A DNA stretch of 64,000 bases, taken from an uncultured Flavobacterium sp. (GTDB lineage: Bacteria; Bacteroidota; Bacteroidia; Flavobacteriales; Flavobacteriaceae). The notes beneath the pieces are model-generated. The model was not told the DNA's origin. It was given only the letters and a program-made list of their open reading frames with translations, and did no database searches. A program made the translations under genes and the position numbers. Location: the NCBI GenBank assembly GCA_947626185.1, contig CANQRD010000001.1, forward strand, positions 31,071-95,070, in the 5' to 3' direction. Shown here piece by piece: positions 19,701 to 28,047 of this stretch (its first letter is position 1; the number at the start of each line of letters is the position of its first letter).

Positions 19701-21153
19701 ATTCTCCAACTTGATATACATCATCTCCAATTGTATATTGATAAGCTACTGCCAAAACTTCATCGTTTGACAAACGTTGTTGTAAAGAAATATATCCTAA
19801 TTGAGGATGAAACGTAAATTCATTTGGACTCAATTTACGTGCACTCTCTAACTTAACATAATCTAATCCTTCTTGAACACTATTTGTAAAACCTGCATTT
19901 CCGCTATTTGAAAATCTAATTTGTTCTGTTAAGTAATTTCTCCCAATTTGTGCAGGATCGTATTGGTTATTCTTATTGTCTGTTGGTGCATTTATTGTTT
20001 TATTAATTACGAAATTTGCTGGATCAATTCTTGGTGAAAAGATCTTATCATTGTTTACACCTCTCAAAAAACCTTCTCCCAAATCTTGTATTGCTACAAT
20101 ATTTCGCAAATTGTTATTAGTTTGACTAACACGATTAAATCTATTAGTAACCCATACTTCAACTTTTGTAATACGAACGCGTGAATTGATATATGGATAC
20201 GTTTTTAAAGCTTCATCATATCTACTTCTAAAATAATGAGATAAGAAAAAATGGCGATCTTCATCATAATCTAATGCATATAATTCAAAATCTTGCACCG
20301 TACCACCACCTTCTGCACGAACAGAATTAACTTGTGATTTTTGTTCCGAAAAAATTCCTGTAACCGTTGTTTTACCAAATTTCAATTCCGCTTTAACACC
20401 AAATAAACTTTGTGCGCCACGAATTAATGATCCAGTAATTGGCATACTCACATTACCAATCTCCAATTTTTGAACAATATCATCTGGATCAGGAGCGTAT
20501 TGCAACTTCATTATATTTTGAAAATCAAAACTTGCTTGCGTATCATAATTGGCATTTACCGCCATTCGAGTACCAACAGTCCCTTGAAGTCCCATGCTTA
20601 TACGCTGATCAAAATCAAATGTTGTAGACTTTCTATTTCTAGCAGTAATTAATGGATTTTCTTGTTTTGTATGACGAATTCCCATATCAAATTCAACAGA
20701 ACCAGAAGGCTTAACATTGATTTCATTTGATCCAAATATACCAGAAAACAATTTAGAATTAACATAGTACCTTGGTAGCATATCTCGTTGTAGGCTATCG
20801 TCTTGCAATGTACCATGAATAGCATCAAATTTTTGAGCAAAATCTTTTCGCATCTCTGCTCTAAGCAAAATCTTTTCATATTCCTCTCTAGTTAACACCA
20901 AAGGCATAGCCATATTATAATCGCCAACAACTTTTGAATAATAATACTGATCGGCAACAGGATTATAACTATACGATTCCACAATAATAGATGGGTCTGG
21001 CAACGCTAATGAGCCAAAATTGTAGCCTATTTGTGGTATTGAATCATTTACTTGATCAAACAGGTCATCTTGTGCAAATGTAGATGTAATTGCACAGAAA
21101 AAAACCAAAAAACAAATGGCTAATCGTCGGTAAAAAAAAGAGAAAACACTCAA
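13798..21153 (-). CDS. sprA: Type IX secretion system translocon / gliding motility protein SprA
   Basis: 2451 aa with a signal peptide (RRLAICFLVFFCAITSTFAQ). A giant beta-barrel-type sequence, with size and the ruvA-adjacent context typical of flavobacterial SprA. TTG start 3 nt after the ruvA stop. Confidence 0.9.
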   Translation of the reverse strand: MSVFSFFYRRLAICFLVFFCAITSTFAQDDLFDQVNDSIPQIGYNFGSLALPDPSIIVESYSYNPVADQYYYSKVVGDYNMAMPLVLTREEYEKILLRAEMRKDFAQKFDAIHGTLQDDSLQRDMLPRYYVNSKLFSGIFGSNEINVKPSGSVEFDMGIRHTKQENPLITARNRKSTTFDFDQRISMGLQGTVGTRMAVNANYDTQASFDFQNIMKLQYAPDPDDIVQKLEIGNVSMPITGSLIRGAQSLFGVKAELKFGKTTVTGIFSEQKSQVNSVRAEGGGTVQDFELYALDYDEDRHFFLSHYFRSRYDEALKTYPYINSRVRITKVEVWVTNRFNRVSQTNNNLRNIVAIQDLGEGFLRGVNNDKIFSPRIDPANFVINKTINAPTDNKNNQYDPAQIGRNYLTEQIRFSNSGNAGFTNSVQEGLDYVKLESARKLSPNEFTFHPQLGYISLQQRLSNDEVLAVAYQYTIGDDVYQVGEFGTDGGAVNVETEIPGQRPGTEVPLSQALIVKMLKSTLTLTNAPVWNLMMKNIYQIPNAINISQEKFRFNILYTDPSPLNYISAAGSLPLPEGVENTPLLQVFNLDRLDSSNNPQNGGDGFFDYLAQGSSNLGGNMNNRPGSNNSGYGNNYNNGGSYGNNNSNNQASTNIFDGITIDAEKGRIIFTSVEPFGSYLFEKLRNSPDEDFDNTTSYNSNQRRYVFNELYSNIKSSAVRNQNGKNKFQLKGKYSSSMGQGIPIGAFNVAPGSVIVNAGGRILIEGVDYTVDYAGGRVMILDEALLASNTPIDISVENNTMFGQQTKTFFGVNVEHRISKDFIVGGTLLRLSEKPMTHKSMYGSESVNNTIWGFNTQYSTEVPFLTRLVNKLPNIDTDVPSRVSFTGEFAYLQPAASKNDQMNGEATAYIDDFEAAQSRIDVRSPLAWKLSSVPVGFYKKGINSLESPSLLEHNLEDGYRRAKLSWYTIDPSFYVGVKPEGVSDKDMSSNKTRRVFSEELFATKDLAYGESRVISTLDLTYYPTERGPYNFNPDYKLNVRSPKPKDNWGGMMRALNTTNFEQANIEFVEFWLMDPYVGRNSDMMTTGNTGELRFNFGFISEDILRDGYKQYENGLPGVGSTVATIETVWGKVPAAPSLIYAFDTNAESRRMQDVGLDGLSDEEEKMFFNDFAHLEDPAADNFVHFLDAEGGILERYKNYNGVEKNSPVTGTRGGSNLPDAEDIDGDNTMNTLDAYFEYAVRVSPDPQVGENYVTDIRNTTVQLADGAIAPVRWIQYKVPIDDTGKKIGMIADFRSVRFMRMYLTGFENDVTLRFASLDLVRSDWRRYNASLQNDDNNMPLPLEPNTGFDVTSVSIQDNYDRKPIPYVIPPGVQREQFYINNTIVDQNEQSLSLKVYPIEAGKTPEGLAPGDSRGVYKNFSLDLRQYKKLRMFIHAESLEHVNRRLQDDEMVAFIRIGSDFTDNFYQVELPLKVTQFGTVSPELIWPEANELDLELELLTKLKVLFMNEISQQERLTEIFFKSEEELTGHAVSRPNKLRYGIKGNPSFGNVRVIMIGIRNDLNRYNATGDLSGEFWFDELRMSDMDNKGGWATTFTMNANLADFANVSATGTKKTIGFGGLEQGPSQRSREDFKSYSIVTNVNLGQLLPKNWRVNLPFNYAISEEFIVPEYDPANPDIKLSTMRSVSASSSVAEEIEKQATDYTKRRSINFIGVSKQRNPEAKKHIYDIENLTVSHSYNEIIHHDFEVQSMLDQQTRSSLDYAYGFETKTVEPLKKVGFLKNRYLQIFRDFNFNYLPTNIMFNSNVLRQFNKQQFRLIDVEGIGLDPLYRRNYFFNYNFGFNFNLTKSLKLNYIGGSNNLVRNYYDSQYNLIESNTIWDDYFNIGEPNQFTQSVTMNYELPINKIPFLSFVRSSYAYTGTYNWQRSSDAFSQIELDDITYNLGNTIQNSRLQQLNTTLSMDMLYKYLGLVKSKPKQQQAKRAAIVPGQKVVQDNTAATTKNNNLGNFAIGLLTSIKTIQINYSENSGTMLPGYMPSIGFFGTGKPTTGFVFGDQADVRQLAAQNGYLTTFPEFNQQFTQVNTKTLNYTASLSPITDLTIDLSGRRIKAENHSEQFRVVDATYIAESPYSYGNFSISTILINSAFSKSSLEFSQAFDQMRENRLVIANRLATARGIDLSNPNNIDRDGFPVGYSKGSQEVLLPAFLSAYTGKNASSTSTSLFRDVPLPNWTLRYTGLMKIDWIKEKFRRFSIHHGYTAMYTLGSFSSNFEYQRAPDELNQYNNYPSKTVVNNAILTENFNPLIRFDLETKSSIRILAEMRKDRTLALSFDNNLLTETTGNDFVLGLGYRIKDVGFNSAYANGGMGGRIQSDINIKADLTLSKRETIIRYLDYNNNQLGGGQNMWSLKIMADYMLSKNLTAIFFYDHSFSKAVISTMYPITNVKAGFTMRYSFGN

Positions 21154-21156
21154 GAT

Positions 21157-21738
21157 TTACAACTTTTTTAATGCTTGTTTAATTATATCTTCAATAGATG
21201 CTCCTGGGTTAGTCTTTAAAATTGAGTCAACAACTTTTTCAGCTGTTTTACGCACAAAACCAAGAACTTCTAATGCAGATAACGCTTCATCAGCATTTGT
21301 ATTGTTGATAGTTGGGACAACTTCATCAATATTGTAAAGTTTTAATACCTTTTCTTGTAAATCTAATATTATTCGCTGGGCAGTTTTCGCCCCAATACCT
21401 TTAAATTTCTGAATACTTTTTGCATCACCATTTCCAATCATTTGCAATAATTCCTTAGGTGTACTAGATGATAAAATATTACGTGCTGTACTGCCGCCAA
21501 TACCAGAAACTGATAATAAAAGTTTAAACAATTCTCTTTCTACTTTATCTATAAAGCCAAACAAGGTATGGGCATCTTCTTTTATTTGAAGATAGGTATA
21601 AAGCTTAATGCTCTCTGAAGTACCAATATGAGAATAGGTATATAAAGAAATGTTAATTTGATAGCCAACTCCATGACAATCAACAATTACTTCGGTTGGT
21701 GCTTTTTCAATTAATCTTCCTTGTATCTGCGCAATCAT
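21157..21738 (-). CDS. ruvA: Holliday junction branch migration complex subunit RuvA
   Basis: MIAQIQGRL...VDCHGVGYQINISL, plus the helix-hairpin-helix segment LLSVSGIGGSTAR...FKGIGAKTAQRI. Confidence 0.95.
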   Translation of the reverse strand: MIAQIQGRLIEKAPTEVIVDCHGVGYQINISLYTYSHIGTSESIKLYTYLQIKEDAHTLFGFIDKVERELFKLLLSVSGIGGSTARNILSSSTPKELLQMIGNGDAKSIQKFKGIGAKTAQRIILDLQEKVLKLYNIDEVVPTINNTNADEALSALEVLGFVRKTAEKVVDSILKTNPGASIEDIIKQALKKL

Positions 21739-21755
21739 TACAAACTATTTTTTAT

Positions 21756-21763
21756 CAAAAATA
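21756..21763 (-). promoter_or_regulatory. Candidate -7 box (TATTTTTG on the minus strand)
   Basis: The plus strand reads caaaaata, 18 nt upstream of the ruvA ATG. Confidence 0.35.
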
Positions 21764-21827
21764 GGAAATAATTTTAACTATTTACTAACATAGCTAGCAC
21801 AGAACAAGGAAGATTTTGAACTATATT

Positions 21828-24107
21828 TTATTTTTTCTTTCTGCTTTCTCTTACTTGAGCGTCAACAACAGCAACGGCAGTCATATTTACCATTTCGTCA
21901 ACACTTGCACCTAATTGAAAAACGTGAACAGCTTTGTCTAACCCCATAATTATTGGACCTATAGAAGTTGCTTTATTTAATTCTTTTAACATTTTATAAG
22001 TAATGTTAGCAGAATCCAAATTAGGAAAAATTAATGTATTTACTTTTTTATTTACCAATTTAGAGAAAGGAAACTTCGATTTTAACATTTCGTTGTTTAG
22101 CGCAAAGTCAATTTGAATTTCTCCATCAACAATCATATTCGGATATTGCTCATGTAAAATTCTCACAGCTTCTTTCATTTTCACTGGAGATACCTGATCT
22201 GCAGCCCCATAGTTTGTATAAGAAAGCATTGCAATGATTGGATCTAATCCGAACATTTTCACTGTTTTTTCTGCCATTACGGCAATTTTTGCTAGATCAA
22301 TAGCTGATGGATCTGGATTAATAGCCGTATCAGCTAAAAACATTGGTCCACGCTTTGTCATCATTAAATTAGCAGTTGCTACTTTATCCACCCCTTGTGC
22401 TTTTGGAATAAGCTCCAAAATTGGTTTAACAACAGTTGGATAACTTCTTGAATAACCCGTTAATAAAGCATCTGCACCTCCTGTATTAACTAACATAGCA
22501 GCAAAGTAATTACGCTCACGCATTAATTTACTAGCTTCATAAAAAGTAATTCCTTTTCGTTGACGAGTTTGCCAATACAAAGAAGCAAATTCTGCTCTTC
22601 TATCTTTCTCATCGTCCGATTTAGGATCAATAATTTCAACGTCGTCATTAAAATCAATCTCCTTTTTCAAGTCTAAGATTGTTTCTTTGTCTCCTAATAA
22701 AATTGGAATAGCAATACCTTCTTCATAAGCAATTTGTGCAGCTTTTAGTACATCTAAATGATCAGCTTCTGCATAAACTACGGTTTTAGCATCGGTTTTA
22801 GCACGATTCATAATCATTCGCACCATTTTATTATCCGATCCCATTCGCTCATCTAACTCTTGCTTATATTTTTCCCAATCTACAATTGGAGCTTTTGCTA
22901 TACCAGTTTCCATAGCAGCCTTTGCAACCGCTGGTGGAACTACAGAAATTAAACGAGGATCAAATGGTTTTGGAATAATATACTCTCTACCAAAGCCTAG
23001 TTTTGTTTCCCCGTAAGCTATATTTACTTGTTCTGGAACTGGCTCTTTAGCTAGTTTAGCTAAAGCTACTACAGCTGCCATTTTCATTTCTTCGTTAATT
23101 TTTGTAGAACGCACATCTAATGCTCCCCTAAAGATATAAGGAAATCCTAAAACATTGTTAACCTGATTAGGATAATCTGAACGCCCAGTAGCCATAATCA
23201 CGTCTTTACGCGTTGCTATTGCAAGATTATAATCAATCTCAGGTTTTGGATTAGCCATTGCAAAAACAATTGGATTATCAGCCATGTCTAACAACATTTC
23301 TGGGGTAAGCACATCTGCTGTAGATAAACCAATAAATACGTCACAGCCTTTTAATGCATCTGCCAATGAGATATCTTTATCAGTAGCAAACTCTCTTTGC
23401 ATTTCTGAAATGCGTTCGTCGTCTTTTCTTAAAACACCTTTACTGTTAAACATCAAAATGTTTTCTTGCTTAACACCAAAAGCTACGTATAATTTTGCAC
23501 ATGCAATTGCTGCCGAACCTGCGCCAGAAACCACCATTTTAACTTCACTTATATTCTTTTCTGCCAATTCTACAGCATTTATCAATGCTGCTGCAGAAAT
23601 AATAGCTGTACCATGCTGATCATCGTGCATTACAGGAATATCAAGCTCTTCTTTTAATCTTCTTTCAATTTCAAAAGATTCTGGGGCTTTGATATCTTCT
23701 AAATTAATTCCTCCAAACGTAGGTGCAATATTTTTTACTGTTTCAATAAAGGCATCAACATCAGTTGCATCTACCTCAATATCAAAAACGTCAATATCCG
23801 CAAAAATTTTAAATAGCAGCCCTTTTCCTTCCATTACAGGTTTAGATGCTTCCGGACCAATATTACCTAATCCTAAAACAGCTGTACCGTTTGAAATAAC
23901 AGCTACTAAATTTCCTTTTGCTGTATACTTATAAACATTATTTACATCCTTAGCTATTTCTAAACAAGGCTCAGCCACTCCAGGTGAATACGCTAAAGCT
24001 AAATCTCTTTGAGATGAATACTTTTTGGTAGGTACCACTTGAATTTTTCCGGGCGTAGGTTTTGCGTGATATAATAACGCTTCTCTACGTAAACTATCTT
24101 TATTCAT
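21828..24107 (-). CDS. maeB: NADP-dependent malic enzyme (malic enzyme plus phosphotransacetylase-like domain)
   Basis: 759 aa. LALAYSPGVAEPC, FGGINLEDI and VVSGAGSAAIA mark the malic enzyme domain. The C-terminal half is PTA-like. Confidence 0.95.
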   Translation of the reverse strand: MNKDSLRREALLYHAKPTPGKIQVVPTKKYSSQRDLALAYSPGVAEPCLEIAKDVNNVYKYTAKGNLVAVISNGTAVLGLGNIGPEASKPVMEGKGLLFKIFADIDVFDIEVDATDVDAFIETVKNIAPTFGGINLEDIKAPESFEIERRLKEELDIPVMHDDQHGTAIISAAALINAVELAEKNISEVKMVVSGAGSAAIACAKLYVAFGVKQENILMFNSKGVLRKDDERISEMQREFATDKDISLADALKGCDVFIGLSTADVLTPEMLLDMADNPIVFAMANPKPEIDYNLAIATRKDVIMATGRSDYPNQVNNVLGFPYIFRGALDVRSTKINEEMKMAAVVALAKLAKEPVPEQVNIAYGETKLGFGREYIIPKPFDPRLISVVPPAVAKAAMETGIAKAPIVDWEKYKQELDERMGSDNKMVRMIMNRAKTDAKTVVYAEADHLDVLKAAQIAYEEGIAIPILLGDKETILDLKKEIDFNDDVEIIDPKSDDEKDRRAEFASLYWQTRQRKGITFYEASKLMRERNYFAAMLVNTGGADALLTGYSRSYPTVVKPILELIPKAQGVDKVATANLMMTKRGPMFLADTAINPDPSAIDLAKIAVMAEKTVKMFGLDPIIAMLSYTNYGAADQVSPVKMKEAVRILHEQYPNMIVDGEIQIDFALNNEMLKSKFPFSKLVNKKVNTLIFPNLDSANITYKMLKELNKATSIGPIIMGLDKAVHVFQLGASVDEMVNMTAVAVVDAQVRESRKKK

Positions 24108-24129
24108 AAATCTATATTTATTTCGACTA

Positions 24130-24137
24130 ACAAATTT
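24130..24137 (-). promoter_or_regulatory. Candidate -7 box (TAAATTTG on the minus strand)
   Basis: The plus strand reads caaattta, 23 nt upstream of the maeB ATG. Confidence 0.35.
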
Positions 24138-24170
24138 ATCAATTTTAGACTAATATAGATGACTATTAAG

Positions 24171-25094
24171 TTAAGGCTTTAAAAAATAAATATTTCTCAT
24201 CAAACCAGTGTATTTAGCACGCTTTACTGCAGATTTTTTAAATATTTGACCAAATACATCATTTGTCAATTCATGCCATTCTTGTTTTGAGTAATTAATT
24301 AACTCATTGTTAGCATGAAAACGCTTCTCTTTTGTAGGTTTTGAGAAACGATTCCACGGGCAAACATCCTGACAGACATCACATCCATACATCCAACCAT
24401 CAAACATTCCTTTAAATTCAACAGGAATATCTTCTTTTAATTCAATAGTTAAGTATGAAATGCACTTAGATCCATTAACAACGTAAGGTGTTTCTATAGC
24501 TTGCGTTGGACAAGCATCAATACAACGAGTACACTTACCACAATGATCAGTAGTAGCTCCGTCATATTCTAACTCTAAATCTATAATCAGCTCTGCAATA
24601 AAGAAAAAAGATCCTTCTTTTTTTGAAATTAAATTACTATTCTTTCCAACCCAACCCAATCCGCTTTTTGCAGCCCAAGCTTTATCTAATACTGGGGCAC
24701 TATCAACAAAAACACGTCCATTTACTTCCCCTATTGTTTCATTTATATAACGTAATAAATCTTTTAATTTATCCTTAATAACAAAATGATAATCTTCACC
24801 ATAAGCATATTTTGAAATCTTATAAGAATCGATATTTTGCAGTTGTTCAGGGAAATAATTGAACAGAAGTGATACAACACTTTTAGCATCTTCAACTAAA
24901 AGACGAGGATCTAAGCGTTTATCAAAGTTATTCTCCATATAATGCATTTGTCCATGCATTCCAGCATTTAACCATTTTTCTAAACGTGGAGCTTCCTCTT
25001 CAAGAAAACCAGCCTTAGATATACCACAAGAAGTAAATCCAAGTCTTTTAGCCTCTTCTTTTATCAACTGACTATATTGTGCCCGACTTTCCAT
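24171..25094 (-). CDS. queG: tRNA epoxyqueuosine(34) reductase QueG
   Basis: Two 4Fe-4S motifs, [12 protein letters not shown] and [11 protein letters not shown]. Size and N-terminal domain are typical of QueG. Confidence 0.9.
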   Translation of the reverse strand: MESRAQYSQLIKEEAKRLGFTSCGISKAGFLEEEAPRLEKWLNAGMHGQMHYMENNFDKRLDPRLLVEDAKSVVSLLFNYFPEQLQNIDSYKISKYAYGEDYHFVIKDKLKDLLRYINETIGEVNGRVFVDSAPVLDKAWAAKSGLGWVGKNSNLISKKEGSFFFIAELIIDLELEYDGATTDHCGKCTRCIDACPTQAIETPYVVNGSKCISYLTIELKEDIPVEFKGMFDGWMYGCDVCQDVCPWNRFSKPTKEKRFHANNELINYSKQEWHELTNDVFGQIFKKSAVKRAKYTGLMRNIYFLKP

Positions 25095-25103
25095 AAATGG
25101 CTG

Positions 25104-26132
25104 TTAAATATCAAATAATCCTCTATCGTAATTTGCTCTAGCTTTTCCCAAATGATGATATGCTTTATCAGTGACCTCTCGTCCTCTTGGTGTACGCGTA
25201 ATAAATCCTTCTTGAATTAAATAAGGTTCGTACACCTCTTCAATAGTTTCAGCATTTTCAGAAACTGCCGTTGATAAAGTTGATAAACCAACTGGACCAC
25301 CTTTAAACTTTTCAATAATCGTTAAAAGAATTTTATTATCCATTTCATCAAGTCCGCAAGCATCAACATTTAATGCATTTAACGCATATTTGGCAATAAC
25401 AATATCAATACTTCCATTTCCCTTAATTTGTGCAAAATCGCGCACTCTACGCAGCAATGCATTAGCGATACGCGGCGTACCTCTACTTCGTCCTGCAATT
25501 TCAATGGCTGCTTCAATATCTATAGGCACTCCTAAAATTCCGGCGCTACGCTCAACGATAGTAGCTAATAATTCTTTAGAATAATATTGTAAACGACTTT
25601 GAATACCAAAACGAGCACGCATAGGCGAGGTAAGCAATCCTGAACGAGTGGTTGCTCCCACTAAGGTAAATGGGTTTAAATGAATTTGAACAGTACGCGC
25701 GTTTGGTCCAGATTCAATCATAATATCAATTTTAAAATCTTCCATCGCTGAATACAAATACTCTTCAACAATAGGGCTTAATCGATGAATCTCATCTATA
25801 AAAAGCACATCTCGTTCTTCCAAATTAGTTAGTAATCCGGCTAAATCACCTGGTTTATCTAAAACTGGTCCGGAAGTAATTTTAATACCTACTCCTAATT
25901 CATTTGCTAAAATATTTGCCAATGTTGTTTTACCTAAACCTGGAGGTCCATGAAATAAAGTATGATCTAAGGCTTCTCCACGTTGATTAGCAGCAGCAAC
26001 AAATATTTCTAAATTTTCTAACACACTATCTTGTCCTGCAAAATCAGAAAAAGAAAGCGGACGTAGTTTTTTTTCTACGTCTAATTCCTCAGAGGAATAA
26101 TGCTTATTTGTAGGGTTTAAATTCTCGTTCAT
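25104..26132 (-). CDS. ruvB: Holliday junction DNA helicase RuvB
   Basis: Walker [12 protein letters not shown], Walker [10 protein letters not shown], and [16 protein letters not shown]. Confidence 0.97.
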   Translation of the reverse strand: MNENLNPTNKHYSSEELDVEKKLRPLSFSDFAGQDSVLENLEIFVAAANQRGEALDHTLFHGPPGLGKTTLANILANELGVGIKITSGPVLDKPGDLAGLLTNLEERDVLFIDEIHRLSPIVEEYLYSAMEDFKIDIMIESGPNARTVQIHLNPFTLVGATTRSGLLTSPMRARFGIQSRLQYYSKELLATIVERSAGILGVPIDIEAAIEIAGRSRGTPRIANALLRRVRDFAQIKGNGSIDIVIAKYALNALNVDACGLDEMDNKILLTIIEKFKGGPVGLSTLSTAVSENAETIEEVYEPYLIQEGFITRTPRGREVTDKAYHHLGKARANYDRGLFDI

Positions 26133-26160
26133 CTTACAAAGTAACTCAAAAAAAATAACA

Positions 26161-26196
26161 CAAAAAAAAAACGCCGGTCAAAACTGAACGGCGTTC
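26161..26196 (-). terminator. Intrinsic terminator after oxidase subunit I
   Basis: Stem aacgccg (26170-26176) / cggcgtt (26189-26195), followed by a 9-T run on the minus strand. Confidence 0.75.
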
Positions 26197-26221
26197 TTTA
26201 TTATATTGAAACAATATGATC

Positions 26222-28018
26222 TTAGTGATGTAATTGTTCTTCACCTTCTTGATAAGGCATTGTTTGTGGTGCGTAATCTTCTGGTAAACCAGGTTTACTG
26301 TAATCATACGGCCATCTGTGAACAACTGGTAATTCTCCTGGCCAGTTTCCGTGGATGTGTTCTACTGGTGTAGTCCATTCTAAACTGTTCGATCTCCAAG
26401 GGTTTTGAGGAGCTCTCTTACCGTAGAAAATACTTACAAAGAAATTCCATAAGAATATCAATTGGAAAGCTGATCCTATTAAAGCAAATACGGTAATTAA
26501 AACGTTTACGTCATAGAATTCATCAAATAAAGGGAAAGCTGTATTTGAGTAATAACGACGTGGTAAACCTGCTAATCCGATAAAGTGCATTGGGAAGAAT
26601 ACTCCGTAAGCACACACTGCAGTTACCCAGAAGTGAATATAACCTAAGTTTTTATTCATCATTCTTCCAAACATTTTAGGGAACCAGTGGTAAATACCTG
26701 CAAACATTCCGTAAAGAGCAGAAATACCCATTACTAAGTGGAAGTGAGCAATAACGAAATAAGTATCGTGAACGTTGATATCTAATGTTGAATCTCCTAA
26801 AATAATTCCTGTTAAACCTCCTGTAATGAACGTAGATACGAAACCAATACAGAACAACATTGCAGGGTTCATTTGAATATTACCGCTCCAAATAGTAGTA
26901 ATATAGTTAAATGCTTTTACTGCCGAAGGAATTGCAATTAATAAAGTTGTAAATGTAAATACAGATCCTAAGAATGGATTCATACCAGAAACGAACATGT
27001 GGTGCCCCCATACGATCGTAGATAAGAAAGCAATACCTAAAATTGAAGCAATCATCGCACGGTAACCAAAGATTGGCTTACGAGCTGAAGTTGCAATAAT
27101 TTCTGAAGTAAGTCCCATCGCAGGTAAAATTACGATATATACCTCAGGGTGTCCTAAGAACCAGAATAAGTGCTCAAACAATACTGGTGAACCTCCTTGG
27201 TAATGCAAAACTTCTCCAGCTAAATAAATATCAGATAAGAAGAATGATGTTCCAAAACTTCTATCAAAAATCAATAATAAAGCCGCTGATAAAAGAACTG
27301 GGAAAGATACAATACCGATGATAGCTGTAACGAATAAAGCCCAAACGCTTAAAGGCATTCTAGTCATAGTCATACCTTTTGTTCTTAAATTAACTACAGT
27401 TGCAACATAGTTTAAAGAACCCATTGTAGAAGAAATAATGAATAACGCCATTGAAATCAACCACAAAGTCATTCCCATACCAGAACCAGGAATAGCTTGA
27501 GGTAAAGCTGATAATGGAGGATAAATTGTCCATCCAGAAGAAGCTGGTCCACCTTCTGCGAATAATGAGATAACCATAATTACTGCAGAAACAAAGAAAA
27601 ACCAGTAAGAAAGCATGTTCATAAAGCCAGATGCCATATCACGCGCTCCAATCTGTAATGGAATTAATAAGTTAGAGAACGTACCACTCAATCCAGCTGT
27701 TAGTACAAAGAATACCATAATAGTACCATGCATTGTTACTAAAGCTAAATATATATCGTTTCTCATTACTCCGTCCGGAGCCATTTTATCACCTAATAAC
27801 CATTTGAATACTTGAAACGATTCTTCAGGCCAAGCGATTTGCATTCTGAATAAAAGAGACATTACAATCCCAATTATCCCCATAATAATACCTGTAATAA
27901 GATATTGTTTAGCGATCATTTTATGATCCAAACTGAAAACGTACTTCGTAAAGAAATTACCTTTTTCGTGATGCTCGTGATCGTGATCATTAATTATTTC
28001 GTGTCCTACTGCTGACAT
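26222..28018 (-). CDS. ctaD: Cytochrome c oxidase subunit I (A-type heme-copper oxidase)
   Basis: 598 aa with WFLGHPEVYIVILPAMG, GHHMF and VIAHFHLVM, the conserved heme and CuB ligand motifs. Confidence 0.95.
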   Translation of the reverse strand: MSAVGHEIINDHDHEHHEKGNFFTKYVFSLDHKMIAKQYLITGIIMGIIGIVMSLLFRMQIAWPEESFQVFKWLLGDKMAPDGVMRNDIYLALVTMHGTIMVFFVLTAGLSGTFSNLLIPLQIGARDMASGFMNMLSYWFFFVSAVIMVISLFAEGGPASSGWTIYPPLSALPQAIPGSGMGMTLWLISMALFIISSTMGSLNYVATVVNLRTKGMTMTRMPLSVWALFVTAIIGIVSFPVLLSAALLLIFDRSFGTSFFLSDIYLAGEVLHYQGGSPVLFEHLFWFLGHPEVYIVILPAMGLTSEIIATSARKPIFGYRAMIASILGIAFLSTIVWGHHMFVSGMNPFLGSVFTFTTLLIAIPSAVKAFNYITTIWSGNIQMNPAMLFCIGFVSTFITGGLTGIILGDSTLDINVHDTYFVIAHFHLVMGISALYGMFAGIYHWFPKMFGRMMNKNLGYIHFWVTAVCAYGVFFPMHFIGLAGLPRRYYSNTAFPLFDEFYDVNVLITVFALIGSAFQLIFLWNFFVSIFYGKRAPQNPWRSNSLEWTTPVEHIHGNWPGELPVVHRWPYDYSKPGLPEDYAPQTMPYQEGEEQLHH

Positions 28019-28047
28019 AGTATAAATTTTAAATAATTGAGTGAAAT

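Noticed and set aside
16400-20879. Several 60-80-aa ORFs inside sprA, either antisense or in an alternative frame (16400, 17067, 17093, 19584, 20439, 20470, 20649).
   Set aside because: All lie wholly within a long, well-supported CDS, have low-complexity translations and lack start context. Such ORFs are expected by chance in AT-rich DNA. The same reasoning applies to the antisense ORFs inside TolC, maeB, ruvB, ctaD, ctaC, actE, actC, actB, actA, leuS, ftsX, frr, pyrH, dxs, the A2M gene, pbpC and rng.
24109-24159. 9-bp inverted repeat (atctatatt / aatatagat) between queG and maeB.
   Set aside because: It is composed entirely of A/T apart from one C-G pair, has a 33-nt loop and lacks a T-tract, so it is too weak to call a terminator or operator. 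It overlaps the candidate maeB promoter, which may explain it.
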